From Escherichia phage 55: a DNA stretch of 64,000 nucleotides. Shown one piece after another: positions 8,309 to 17,815 of the stretch. The DNA lies in sequence record OQ599310, one strand, 5' to 3'. How positions within the stretch are numbered: the first letter of the stretch is position 1; each line of letters starts with the position of its first letter. The position numbers were made by a program, and so were the translations under genes. The notes under the pieces were generated by a model that was given only the letters and a program-made list of their open reading frames with translations, was not told where the DNA came from and ran no database searches.

Positions 8309-8836
8309 ATGAACGCTAAAGATATTTTCAACCTGGTAAATTATAACGACGGTAAATTTAAATCTGAAGCACAAAGCAAGTTCTTTAATGACGTTGCTTA
8401 TGGTAACGAGATTACCGTAGACGGAGGTCAGATTTTCAAATCTCGCTGGAATTGGATTGTTATCATCGATTCAGTTGGAATTGTGGAAGTCTACAAAAAC
8501 ACCAACAAAAAACGTACATTATTCTGGTCTCGTGAAACTAACGAGCAGTACAAAAAGGATAAAGCATCTCGTTTATCCAAAGTAACCCAGGAAGATATCG
8601 AGTTTATCAAGAAAGATATCGAGATGTACGAAAATTTAATCGCTGAAGACCAGGCAGTACTCGATAAGTTTGATGAAATTAAAGCTTCTCGTGAAATCCC
8701 TGACTTCATGAAAGAAACAGTAAACGAACGATACGCTCTCACTTCAGAACGTATTGCAAACTATACAAAACAGAAAGCAGAACGTATTAGTACTCTTCGG
8801 AAATTTGAAGAACGTTTAAAGACGGTTCACGCATAA
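8309..8836 (+). CDS. hypothetical protein (175 aa)
   Basis: GGAGG RBS before ATG 8309. Confidence 0.6.
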   Translation: MNAKDIFNLVNYNDGKFKSEAQSKFFNDVAYGNEITVDGGQIFKSRWNWIVIIDSVGIVEVYKNTNKKRTLFWSRETNEQYKKDKASRLSKVTQEDIEFIKKDIEMYENLIAEDQAVLDKFDEIKASREIPDFMKETVNERYALTSERIANYTKQKAERISTLRKFEERLKTVHA

Positions 8837-8837
8837 A

Positions 8838-8863
8838 CGCTTTACCCAAGGACGGGTTATAAT
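8838..8863 (+). promoter_or_regulatory. middle-promoter-like element (MotA-box-like GCTTTA + TATAAT)
   Basis: aacGCTTTA 8836..8844, 13-nt gap, TATAAT 8858..8863. Confidence 0.35.
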
Positions 8864-8898
8864 GGTTTTGAGTTCCAATTCAATCTGAGGAAATAGTT

Positions 8899-9894
8899 AT
8901 GAGCATTACATCTGATGCGGTAAAACATGAAATTAACGGTTTATGTGCTTCACAGATTAAAGTGTGGTTTAAAGACCATAACGATCGCAGAGCACTTAAT
9001 TATGAGCAAATTGCTATCCAAGTTCATCAATTACTGACTAGTAAATTTGATTTTCATATGCCGTCTGAAATCTATACTAATCTGCCGCGAGCACTTATTA
9101 AAGCGTGTAAAGGTTATGGAAAATCAATGGCTGATGGAATCTTCAGCGCGCTGAATAAACTTAACGTTCTGTCGATGATTAACTCTAACAACATCCTGCG
9201 TAATCTAGGACGTACTGATTTGTTCGGTCGTGAACAGTGTAAAATGCCTTTGAAATGGATTGTTGCTCATCTTAACGAGAACCAAACACGTTTTATGGCC
9301 GTAACAGCACGTTTACAAATGGGCCTAGATCGTCAGATGAACTTTAAAACTCATCCACGTTATTCAGGTTCAACAGACTTTTATAAATGTGAGCTTCAAA
9401 AGGTTGGTGGTAAAACTGTCTTAGTAGTTCGTGTAACGTTTGAAGGACGACGTCAAGGATATTTTGACATAATCGGCTCTGGACTTAAACATTGTGGATT
9501 TATCGACGAAGTTGATATCAAGCGAGACGGCGTTGGATACCGTATTGGGTATGTTTGTACTCTTAAAGAAGAGATTTCAGGACCAGTACCAGGACTAAAA
9601 GACGTTAGATATAAAGACGAGCTCGTTGAAGAAATAAAAGAAGTTGAATATGATATCAACCAAGAAGATGCTCTTAAAGACCTTATTGATGAACTGAACC
9701 AAGACGTTATTCCTGTTCAGAAATTTGAATCAAAACATGCTGAGCAAATCAAATACTTTGAAGCTTTGATTAACGAACTTAATGTAACTATTCAACAGAC
9801 TGACGATGAAATCTCACGATTAGCAGGCTTAAATGGTAAAAATAAAACAGAACGAGCTAATCTTATTCAAGTAGTAAAACTTCTTAAGGAATGA
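8899..9894 (+). CDS. hypothetical protein (331 aa) with C-terminal coiled-coil-like tail
   Basis: long ORF, GAGGAAA RBS; heptad-like C-terminus. Confidence 0.6.
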   Translation: MSITSDAVKHEINGLCASQIKVWFKDHNDRRALNYEQIAIQVHQLLTSKFDFHMPSEIYTNLPRALIKACKGYGKSMADGIFSALNKLNVLSMINSNNILRNLGRTDLFGREQCKMPLKWIVAHLNENQTRFMAVTARLQMGLDRQMNFKTHPRYSGSTDFYKCELQKVGGKTVLVVRVTFEGRRQGYFDIIGSGLKHCGFIDEVDIKRDGVGYRIGYVCTLKEEISGPVPGLKDVRYKDELVEEIKEVEYDINQEDALKDLIDELNQDVIPVQKFESKHAEQIKYFEALINELNVTIQQTDDEISRLAGLNGKNKTERANLIQVVKLLKE

Positions 9895-9923
9895 TGTACA
9901 ACCAAGGATGGTTGGAGTATAAT
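9895..9923 (+). promoter_or_regulatory. early promoter, copy 1 of conserved ~30-bp promoter repeat
   Basis: TGTACA-ACCAAGGATGGTTGGAG-TATAAT. Confidence 0.55.
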
Positions 9924-9949
9924 AAATTTTTCAACATGAGGAATATAAA

Positions 9950-10909
9950 ATGGCTTTTATTACACGTAGAGAACTTATCAAAGAATTTACCTCGAACGCA
10001 TATACTCCAGGACCTAATCCTATCCGTATGCCTGTAAAGACTCCTGAAGAGATTGAGGAAATCTGTTCATATTATGGGATTAATTCTCGTATGTTTACTC
10101 AATTTGAATGCGTTACTAACACACCCGTTAAAGAGTTCATTAAAAATGGTGAGTTCAGCCGTTTATTAGCCAAACAGAAACTTCGTAATTTTTGTATTGG
10201 TGGTGAAGGACAATATTTCGCTAAGCAGTTCCGGAATAACCTTAACAATCTGATGGCCATTGCTTCTCGTATTCGTCCTCAAGCAATTAACATGAAACAT
10301 TTGAAATATACTTACGATAAGTTAGAAATCATGGTTATCAGTGAGAACGAGTTCACTCTTACATATAATCCTAAGAATGATAACGTTGCTCGTGTATTCC
10401 ACCAAGCACTGGAAGTTTTAGGCGATAATATCCACCAGATTAAAGCGATTTATTCTCGTGAGCTTAATATTATTGACCCTATCAAGAATAAGGGCAATAT
10501 CGCTATCCAGGCTCGTGTATCTATTGGTAAAAAGGTTCCTGCGCCATGGTGGCACAAAGACTCTGAATACTATCAAAATCTTAAAAAGGAAAATGCATTG
10601 TTTGAAGCATCGCTTACTGGGACCCCAATTGGCAATGCTGAAGTTCTAGGTGCATATTCTACTTCGAGTAAATCAATGTTTAAAGGTTTGCCAAATGTGT
10701 GCAAACTGTCTGCAGTAAAACTAAATGTTTCTAATGACCTTCTTCCGGCCGAAGATTACCATTACAATCAAATCAAGGCCACTATGGACCAACTGTCTGT
10801 TGAACTTGACAAAGCACAAGCTAAGCTTCGTGATGCTCAACAAGTAGTTACCAATCTCCAGTTGCAGTACTCTAAACTTTTTAACGCAATGAATGCATTA
10901 AAATCATAA
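9950..10909 (+). CDS. hypothetical protein (319 aa) with C-terminal coiled-coil-like tail
   Basis: long ORF downstream of promoter repeat; GAGGAA RBS. Confidence 0.6.
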   Translation: MAFITRRELIKEFTSNAYTPGPNPIRMPVKTPEEIEEICSYYGINSRMFTQFECVTNTPVKEFIKNGEFSRLLAKQKLRNFCIGGEGQYFAKQFRNNLNNLMAIASRIRPQAINMKHLKYTYDKLEIMVISENEFTLTYNPKNDNVARVFHQALEVLGDNIHQIKAIYSRELNIIDPIKNKGNIAIQARVSIGKKVPAPWWHKDSEYYQNLKKENALFEASLTGTPIGNAEVLGAYSTSSKSMFKGLPNVCKLSAVKLNVSNDLLPAEDYHYNQIKATMDQLSVELDKAQAKLRDAQQVVTNLQLQYSKLFNAMNALKS

Positions 10910-10913
10910 ATCA

Positions 10914-10943
10914 GTTTACAACCAAGGATGGTTGGAGTATAAT
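10914..10943 (+). promoter_or_regulatory. early promoter, copy 2 of conserved promoter repeat
   Basis: GTTTAC-AACCAAGGATGGTTGGAG-TATAAT. Confidence 0.55.
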
Positions 10944-10971
10944 GAATCTATCTTAACGAGAGGAAAATATT

Positions 10972-11916
10972 ATGACACGTTCACATTACATTGATTATTT
11001 TGCAGGTCTTATCGCTAATGTTCATGCCCAACGTGCTTCTGGTTCATTAGGATTTGATGTTCCACACCGAGATGTAGTAAGTGGTATTCTTCGCGATTTT
11101 GGTACATATACCGGCCAAGAAAATCATATCTGTAAAGATACTCAAAATGCGTATTCTCATTCATTAGGGACACTGCTTCAATGGTTCAAACGTTCTCGTT
11201 TATTATCTTCTACTGTGGCTCGCGATAACATTAAAAACTTTATGAAACCGAGCTTTATTAAATCTGTGACATCTAAAACCGATTTGGTTGAATTTACCAT
11301 TATTAACGATGTTAAAAAGACTCATTTAGCTGATTGGTTATCTACAATTCCTGAAACTAAATTTGCTGATAAATTTGCTTGTGAATTCAATAACCAAGTG
11401 AATATGCTTTTTAAACATTCACGTAAATTATTCACAGGCGGCGATGGTCGTACAAATAAAGTTCATGTTAAAGATTGGGTTACTGCAGTATTCAAACCAA
11501 CTGGTAATGGTAACGCATCGTTATCAATTGATATCCAGGTTCCTTATTATTACTCACGTAATCTCGGTACAATGAAAGCCGAAGAAATTAATAAGCGCAA
11601 CAAAACCATTCGTTCTCTGTCTTATAAACTTCGCATGATGTTACAGACTATGGATGTTGTTGAAATGTTCGACGAAACCGAAGATAACGGTTCAATGTTA
11701 TTCAGTTCTCGAATTAAAATTAAACTGAAGAACCCTAATGTGTTTAAGTCTATTAAAGAACCTAAAGCAGAAAAGGTTGATATCATGGCTGAAGAACGTG
11801 AGTACCTCAAATCTCGTCTGAAAGAAGTCGAAGCCCAGATTGCAGAACAAACTAAATCGTTAAAAGCTCTGAATGCGAAAGCGGACGGTTTACGAAATGC
11901 CATTGAGGTTTTATAA
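10972..11916 (+). CDS. hypothetical protein (314 aa) with C-terminal coiled-coil-like tail
   Basis: long ORF; GAGAGGAAAA RBS. Confidence 0.6.
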   Translation: MTRSHYIDYFAGLIANVHAQRASGSLGFDVPHRDVVSGILRDFGTYTGQENHICKDTQNAYSHSLGTLLQWFKRSRLLSSTVARDNIKNFMKPSFIKSVTSKTDLVEFTIINDVKKTHLADWLSTIPETKFADKFACEFNNQVNMLFKHSRKLFTGGDGRTNKVHVKDWVTAVFKPTGNGNASLSIDIQVPYYYSRNLGTMKAEEINKRNKTIRSLSYKLRMMLQTMDVVEMFDETEDNGSMLFSSRIKIKLKNPNVFKSIKEPKAEKVDIMAEEREYLKSRLKEVEAQIAEQTKSLKALNAKADGLRNAIEVL

Positions 11917-12221
11917 TGAAACTACGTCTTTTAGAGGATATTGATATGAGCACTAATCACGGCTTGGTTAAGTTTATTGACGATAGTTCAAAGATTGAAT
12001 TTGTTCAGCGAGATAAAATCCACGGTGAAGAAGAGTTCGTTCCTCCGGCATGGAACGAAATAATGAAAATGGTTGAACGACGTGAAAATGCTGCCAAATC
12101 GGCGGCAAAACATCTATGCCCGGAATGTGGAACTATCCAAGTCCAACTGGTTAACTGGACCACCGATAACTTGAAATTGAAATGCCGTAAATGCTTCCAC
12201 AAATTTGAGAGAACATTATAA
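11916..12221 (+). CDS. zinc-ribbon protein
   Basis: CPECG...CRKC pairs; ATGA-coupled start. Confidence 0.55.
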   Translation: MKLRLLEDIDMSTNHGLVKFIDDSSKIEFVQRDKIHGEEEFVPPAWNEIMKMVERRENAAKSAAKHLCPECGTIQVQLVNWTTDNLKLKCRKCFHKFERTL

Positions 12222-12634
12222 TGAGATATAGCCTTCGTTGTTTTATCGCAGCTTTAGTTTTTGCTGTTATTCCATTCATTTGGAACAGCCAGAATACTTA
12301 CATGGAAACTAAAGTAATTCCTGTGGAGGTAGTGGAATTAATCTCAGGCCAATCTACAGGAAAATATTCTAAATTGGAATTTATCGCAGTCTATAAAGAT
12401 GAGCAAGGACGAGTTTTTGACAGGCATGTATCTCCATCATTTTATACGCTTCTGAATAAAGGTGATACGATAGCTATAGAAATTCGTGAGATGGATATCA
12501 AACAAACTACTAAAGATAACTTGATTTGGTTCTTTGGTACAGTGTTGTTGGTTTCTATCTGTATCACAGGTTTTATTACATGTATTGTATTTGGCATTGC
12601 ATATTTAATCGATGAAAGGAAAAATAATGTTTAA
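12221..12634 (+). CDS. membrane protein
   Basis: N- and C-terminal hydrophobic helices; ATGA-coupled start. Confidence 0.55.
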   Translation: MRYSLRCFIAALVFAVIPFIWNSQNTYMETKVIPVEVVELISGQSTGKYSKLEFIAVYKDEQGRVFDRHVSPSFYTLLNKGDTIAIEIREMDIKQTTKDNLIWFFGTVLLVSICITGFITCIVFGIAYLIDERKNNV

Positions 12635-12890
12635 AGTGTACGGGTATGACTCTACTATTCATAAATGCATTTATTGTGATAATGCGAAACGATTGCTGGC
12701 TGTTAAGAAACAGCCGTTCGAATTCATTAATGTTATGCCAGAAAAAGGTGTTTTTGATGATGAGAAAATTGCTGAGCTTCTGGTTAAGCTTGGGCGTGAA
12801 TCACAAGTCGGATTGACTATGCCTCAAGTGTTTGCTCCTGACGGAAGTCACATTGGTGGATTTGACCAACTGCGAGAATATTTTAAATGA
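12627..12890 (+). CDS. nrdC: glutaredoxin/thioredoxin NrdC
   Basis: MFKVYGYDS...CIYC active-site motif; near-identical to T4 NrdC as recalled; ATG 12627 with GAAAGGAAAA RBS. Confidence 0.85.
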   Translation: MFKVYGYDSTIHKCIYCDNAKRLLAVKKQPFEFINVMPEKGVFDDEKIAELLVKLGRESQVGLTMPQVFAPDGSHIGGFDQLREYFK

Positions 12891-13054
12891 TTGAATTAAT
12901 GTTGGGTGTTTTGTATATTATCATTGGTATTGGCTATGCTAAGACCCTAGCTAAATTAGATGATTTCGGTGTAGGTGATTTTTGTTGGTGGCTGACGTCT
13001 ATGATTTGTTGGCCTTTATTTCTGGTTGGTGCTTCATTCTGGAACTTTAAATGA
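12887..13054 (+). CDS. small membrane ORF (55 aa), not in track
   Basis: ATGA overlap with nrdC stop; hydrophobic sequence. Confidence 0.4.
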   Translation: MIELMLGVLYIIIGIGYAKTLAKLDDFGVGDFCWWLTSMICWPLFLVGASFWNFK

Positions 13055-13076
13055 TTAATGAATTTATGGTGGAATT

Positions 13077-13385
13077 ATGAGTGAATTAAGTGGACAAACA
13101 ATTTATCTAGGCGATGGTAACGAAGACGACCTGGAATATAAACTATATGAATACATGGTAGCCCTGGCGAAAGAAGAAGGTATTGACTTTGCTGTTGCTA
13201 ACCATTGGGGTGAAAACACCGTCGTAATTGGTGGCACTGCTTATGAAGTCCAATGGCAATACGTTGGACTAGAACCTGAAGAATATAACGTCACTGACGA
13301 CGGTAAATGGATTCCTATCGGTCCCTGGTCCTGGAATGATGACGAACCCGATTTTGAAGTATCGAGCTATTGGTGTGACCGTTAA
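13077..13385 (+). CDS. hypothetical acidic protein
   Basis: 102-aa ORF. Confidence 0.55.
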   Translation: MSELSGQTIYLGDGNEDDLEYKLYEYMVALAKEEGIDFAVANHWGENTVVIGGTAYEVQWQYVGLEPEEYNVTDDGKWIPIGPWSWNDDEPDFEVSSYWCDR

Positions 13386-13524
13386 GCCATGGTATGTCGC
13401 TCGATGGGAGACTGTCGAGCCAGACGTTGAAACAGTTTACAACGACGAAGAAACGTGTTATGATGAACCTTCAATAAATGAATTAATTGATATGGAAATG
13501 GGAAGAGATTATTATGCAAGTTAA
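13336..13524 (+). CDS. possible small ORF (start uncertain)
   Basis: track ORF overlapping upstream gene by 50 nt; no clear RBS. Confidence 0.25.
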   Translation: MMTNPILKYRAIGVTVKPWYVARWETVEPDVETVYNDEETCYDEPSINELIDMEMGRDYYAS

Positions 13525-13684
13525 ATTATTGTACCGTTTATTAAAAAATGGCAAGCATGATTGGTATTTGCTTATTAAAACCGATCCTAATTTTTTCTCT
13601 GGACAACCATTTACAGTTCGTCCTACTAAACGTCAGCTTCGCAAAGCTAAACGTTCTCATCGTAACTTTTATAGAGAATATTGA
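13514..13684 (+). CDS. small basic protein
   Basis: internal ATG of track ORF 13487; Lys/Arg-rich C-terminus. Confidence 0.4.
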   Translation: MQVKLLYRLLKNGKHDWYLLIKTDPNFFSGQPFTVRPTKRQLRKAKRSHRNFYREY

Positions 13685-13685
13685 T

Positions 13686-14099
13686 ATGAATATTTCTGAA
13701 ACTCGCGGTAAATGGTTCAAGATTGTTAAAGAAGATGAAGAACTACAAGTCAAGTTTCCTGAATTAAAGAAAGGAACAATCATCAAGGTAATTGGTACTA
13801 CTACCGAAGATGGTTATGGCGACCATGGCATTATCGAAGTGATGTTGGACACAGGTGAGAAACTTTGCATCTATGACCGTGATACTTCTCTTTGGTGCTT
13901 CTGGGAATCCCATTCAATAGATGAACTCGAAGAAATTGACCAAGTAGTTTGTGATGGTGGACTTGGCGAATTCGAAGGTGAACGTATTTCTTATGCTTTA
14001 GCTAAATTAGCTGGTCAAGAAAATAATGACGGTTATGAAGGTAATCTGATGCAAGCCGCAGCGGAATACATTGAATATTTAGAAAGACGTTTAAGTTAA
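13686..14099 (+). CDS. hypothetical acidic protein (137 aa)
   Basis: ATG at 13686; track ORF 13548 extends upstream implausibly through the previous gene. Confidence 0.55.
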   Translation: MNISETRGKWFKIVKEDEELQVKFPELKKGTIIKVIGTTTEDGYGDHGIIEVMLDTGEKLCIYDRDTSLWCFWESHSIDELEEIDQVVCDGGLGEFEGERISYALAKLAGQENNDGYEGNLMQAAAEYIEYLERRLS

Positions 14100-14134
14100 T
14101 AAATACCCTTATCTATTTAAGGTAAGGGTTTATC

Positions 14135-14608
14135 ATGTTATTATCAGGCGCAAAATATAAAGAAGAAAAACAAAAATTTTATGATGCACAGAACGGTAAG
14201 TGTCCTATTTGCCACCGTGAATTAGACCCTGATGTTCAAGGTAACCATCTTGACCACGACCACGAATTAAACGGGCCAAAAGCCGGTAGAGTTCGTGGAT
14301 TACTCTGTAATCTGTGCAACGCAGCAGAAGGTCAAATGAAGCATAAGTTCAATCGTTCTGGTCTTAAAGGTCAAAACGTTGATTACCTCGAATGGCTTGA
14401 AGCTCTTCTTGCTTATTTGAAACAAGATTATTCTGATAATAATATCCATCCTAATTTTGTTCCAGACAAAACTAAAGAGTTCTCAAGACTAGGTAAAGAG
14501 GAAATGATGACTGAGATGCTTCAAAGAGGATTTGAATATAATGAATCTGATACTAAAACACAATTAATAGCTTCATTCAAAAAGCAGCTTAGAAAGAGTT
14601 TAAAATGA
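14135..14608 (+). CDS. 49: recombination endonuclease VII
   Basis: 157 aa; CPIC...HLDHDHEL...CNLCN motifs; matches T4 gp49 as recalled. Confidence 0.9.
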   Translation: MLLSGAKYKEEKQKFYDAQNGKCPICHRELDPDVQGNHLDHDHELNGPKAGRVRGLLCNLCNAAEGQMKHKFNRSGLKGQNVDYLEWLEALLAYLKQDYSDNNIHPNFVPDKTKEFSRLGKEEMMTEMLQRGFEYNESDTKTQLIASFKKQLRKSLK

Positions 14609-15426
14609 ATGTAGTATATAAACTATCATTTATTAATAGAATTAATGCTAAAACCCCACCATATTATTACATTGGAAGTAAAACCAATTGCACTTTTGAT
14701 GGAACGAATATTATTGATAAAAATGGTAAATTTTATTATTCGTCTTCGTCATCTTCCGAATTTCAAAAAGCCTTATTGAAAGAAACGCCGAAAGTTGAAA
14801 TATTATATTTTCAATTAGTCGGAGATGAACAAATAACTAGCATTGAAGCTGAATTTCAAAAGAATATAGAAAAAGATGTATGGAATAAAGAGTATTTTAA
14901 TTTAGCATATGCTGATGGCAAATTTACGACATATGGTATTTCTCCTTCTAAAGAAACTAGAGAAAAGCAATCAATAACCATGATTAAAAGAAATCGTAAT
15001 AAAGGCAAAAATCATGGATTTTATGGAAAGCATCATACTAATTTAGCCAGAAAGAAAATATCAGAAGCTTCTAAAAAATACTGGAAAGAAAATCCGCATC
15101 GTGGATTTTCGCATACAAAGGAAGCTAAAATTAAAATTGGAATTTCATCTTCTATCAGGCATAAAGGAAGTGGAAATCCGATGTATGGTGTAAAACCTTG
15201 GAAAACTCCGAACGCAATTAAATCTGGTACTTGTATATTATGGTTAAAATACGCAGAAATTTTATATGATTATTTAGGTCCAGATTTTAAAAGTAAATCA
15301 TCTATTTTTGCGGATTTAAACTTACCGAAATTTAGAATTGATAATTTCATCAAAAGGTTTAAAATGGGTTGGAACCCATATTTAGACGAAGAATTTCAAA
15401 AGGATAAATTAGAATTATGTCTTTAG
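14605..15426 (+). CDS. free-standing homing endonuclease (Seg-like, divergent GIY-YIG with NUMOD3-type DNA-binding motifs)
   Basis: N-terminal VVYK...YYIGSK; repeated GKHHT..KKIS / SHTKEAKIKIG motifs; very AT-rich gene between 49 and nrdD. Confidence 0.55.
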   Translation: MNVVYKLSFINRINAKTPPYYYIGSKTNCTFDGTNIIDKNGKFYYSSSSSSEFQKALLKETPKVEILYFQLVGDEQITSIEAEFQKNIEKDVWNKEYFNLAYADGKFTTYGISPSKETREKQSITMIKRNRNKGKNHGFYGKHHTNLARKKISEASKKYWKENPHRGFSHTKEAKIKIGISSSIRHKGSGNPMYGVKPWKTPNAIKSGTCILWLKYAEILYDYLGPDFKSKSSIFADLNLPKFRIDNFIKRFKMGWNPYLDEEFQKDKLELCL

Positions 15427-17234
15427 AGAAAGATGTTTTAAATTTTATTTCAAATAAAGATAAAGAATTAAATACCGAAAACGCCAACAAAGATTCTCGT
15501 GTCTTTCCAACAAAAAGAGATTTAATGGCCGGTATTGTTTCTAAACATATCGCTTGTCGTATTCTTCCAAGTCATATTGTAAATGCCCATAATGTTGGAT
15601 TAATTCATTTTCATGATTTAGATTACAGTATATCATTGCCTTTTACTAATTGTTGTTTAGTAGATTTAAAAGGAATGCTTGAGAATGGATTTAAATTAGG
15701 CAATGCTCAAATTGAAACGCCTAAATCTATTGGCGTTGCTACTGCAATTATGGCACAAATTACCGCGCAAGTTGCTTCACATCAGTATGGCGGAACTACA
15801 TTTGCGAATGTCGATAAAGTTCTTTCTCCTTATGTTAAACGTACATACGCTAAACATGTTGAAGATGCAGAAAAATGGCAAATCACCGATGCACCGAATT
15901 ATGCTCAATCTAAAACAGAAAAAGACGTATACGATGCATTCCAAGCTTATGAATATGAAGTAAATACTCTCTTTAGTTCAAACGGACAAACGCCTTTTGT
16001 AACAATTACATTTGGTACGGGAACTGACTGGACTGAACGAATGATTCAGAAAGCAATTCTGAAAAATCGTATTAAAGGTCTTGGACGTGATGGGATAACT
16101 CCTATTTTCCCTAAGCTTGTTATGTTTGTTGAAGAAGGTGTTAATCTTTATAAAGATGATCCGAACTATGATATTAAACAACTTGCGTTAGAATGTGCAA
16201 GCAAAAGAATGTATCCTGACATTATTTCGGTTAAGAATAATAAAGCTATTACTGGTTCTTCAATTCCTGTTTCTCCGATGGGTTGCCGTAGTTTCTTGAG
16301 TGTATGGAAAGATTCGACTGGCAATGAAATTCTTGATGGACGTAATAATCTCGGTGTTGTAACACTGAATCTTCCTCGTATCGCATTAGATTCTTATATT
16401 GGAACACAGTTCAATGAACAGAAATTTACTGAATTGTTTGATGAGCGAATGGACCTGTGTTTTGAAGCTTTGATGTGTAGAATTAGTTCCTTAAAAGGAG
16501 TTAAAGCTACTGTTGCTCCTATTCTTTACCAAGAAGGTGCATTCGGGGTTCGTCTTAAACCTGATGACGACATAATTGAGTTATTTAAAAACGGCAGAAG
16601 TTCAGTGTCTTTAGGATACATCGGTATTCATGAATTGAATATTCTTGTTGGTCGTGATATTGGACAAGAAATTTTAACTAAAATGAATGCTCATCTTAAA
16701 CAGTGGACCGAAAGAACTGGATTTGCTTTTAGTTTATATTCTACTCCTGCTGAAAACTTGTGTTATCGTTTCTGTAAACTCGACACAGAAAAATATGGAA
16801 GCGTAAAAGATGTTACCGATAAAGGCTGGTACACTAATAGTTTCCACGTTTCAGTAGAAGAAAATATTACTCCGTTTGAAAAGATTTCTCGTGAAGCGCC
16901 ATATCATTTCATTGCGACAGGTGGTCACATTTCTTATGTTGAACTTCCTGATATGAAAAATAACTTAAAAGGACTTGAGGCTGTCTGGGATTATGCTGCA
17001 CAACATTTAGATTATTTTGGTGTTAATATGCCAGTAGATAAGTGTTTTACATGCGGAAGTACCCATGAAATGACTCCTACTGAAAACGGATTTGTTTGTT
17101 CAGTTTGCGGAGAAACTGATCCTAAAAAGATGAACACCATAAGAAGAACATGCGGTTATCTTGGAAATCCGAACGAACGCGGATTTAATCTCGGTAAAAA
17201 TAAAGAAATCATGCATAGGGTTAAACACCAATGA
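15417..17234 (+). CDS. nrdD: anaerobic ribonucleoside-triphosphate reductase
   Basis: 605 aa; C-terminal Cys cluster (CFTCGSTHEM...CSVCG) and RxxCGY glycyl-radical-type tail; no intron. Confidence 0.95.
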   Translation: MSLEKDVLNFISNKDKELNTENANKDSRVFPTKRDLMAGIVSKHIACRILPSHIVNAHNVGLIHFHDLDYSISLPFTNCCLVDLKGMLENGFKLGNAQIETPKSIGVATAIMAQITAQVASHQYGGTTFANVDKVLSPYVKRTYAKHVEDAEKWQITDAPNYAQSKTEKDVYDAFQAYEYEVNTLFSSNGQTPFVTITFGTGTDWTERMIQKAILKNRIKGLGRDGITPIFPKLVMFVEEGVNLYKDDPNYDIKQLALECASKRMYPDIISVKNNKAITGSSIPVSPMGCRSFLSVWKDSTGNEILDGRNNLGVVTLNLPRIALDSYIGTQFNEQKFTELFDERMDLCFEALMCRISSLKGVKATVAPILYQEGAFGVRLKPDDDIIELFKNGRSSVSLGYIGIHELNILVGRDIGQEILTKMNAHLKQWTERTGFAFSLYSTPAENLCYRFCKLDTEKYGSVKDVTDKGWYTNSFHVSVEENITPFEKISREAPYHFIATGGHISYVELPDMKNNLKGLEAVWDYAAQHLDYFGVNMPVDKCFTCGSTHEMTPTENGFVCSVCGETDPKKMNTIRRTCGYLGNPNERGFNLGKNKEIMHRVKHQ

Positions 17235-17701
17235 ATTATGATAGATTTTATCCTTGCGATTTTGTGAATGGCCCTGGTTGCAGGGTCGTTCTTTTCGTTA
17301 CAGGTTGTTTGCATAAATGCGAAGGGTGTTATAATAAATCAACATGGAATGCTAGAAATGGTATTCCATTCACTGGTGAAACACTAGAACAATTAATTGA
17401 ATGTTTGAATAATGATTATATAGAAGGATTAACTATAACTGGAGGTGACCCTCTTTATCCTGATAACAGAGACGTGATTCACTCTGTGGTACAAACTATT
17501 AAAAATCTTTATCCCAATAAAAGCATTTGGTTGTGGACAGGATATAAGTTTGAAGATATTAAACAACTAGAAATGCTTAAATATGTTGATGTTATTATTG
17601 ATGGGAAGTATGAGAAAAATCTTCCGACCAAAAAGCTGTGGCGAGGATCAGATAATCAGCGACTTTGGTCAAATACCAACGGGGTGTGGAAACATGATTA
17701 A
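17231..17701 (+). CDS. nrdG: anaerobic RNR activating enzyme (radical SAM)
   Basis: CxxxCxxC-type motif (GCLHKCEGCYN); ATGA-coupled to nrdD. Confidence 0.9.
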   Translation: MNYDRFYPCDFVNGPGCRVVLFVTGCLHKCEGCYNKSTWNARNGIPFTGETLEQLIECLNNDYIEGLTITGGDPLYPDNRDVIHSVVQTIKNLYPNKSIWLWTGYKFEDIKQLEMLKYVDVIIDGKYEKNLPTKKLWRGSDNQRLWSNTNGVWKHD

Positions 17702-17815
17702 ATTGAATTATATTATGGATACTATAAATGATATGATTTTTCATTTTGGTCCAGAATTTTATTCACAGTGTAGTTTAGTGCTTATCAATGCTTGGTTAAC
17801 CAATTAAGGGTAAAT

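Noticed and set aside
10458-10649. Alternative-frame + strand ORFs nested in larger genes (for example 10458..10649, 15703..15963, 27345..27539, 28012..28242, 62550..62774)
   Set aside because: Embedded out of frame in longer conserved ORFs, with biased low-complexity composition and no start signals
15417-17234. Group I intron or intein within nrdD (T4 nrdD carries an intron) or within gene 43
   Set aside because: Both ORFs are continuous with conserved motifs in order; no intervening non-coding segment
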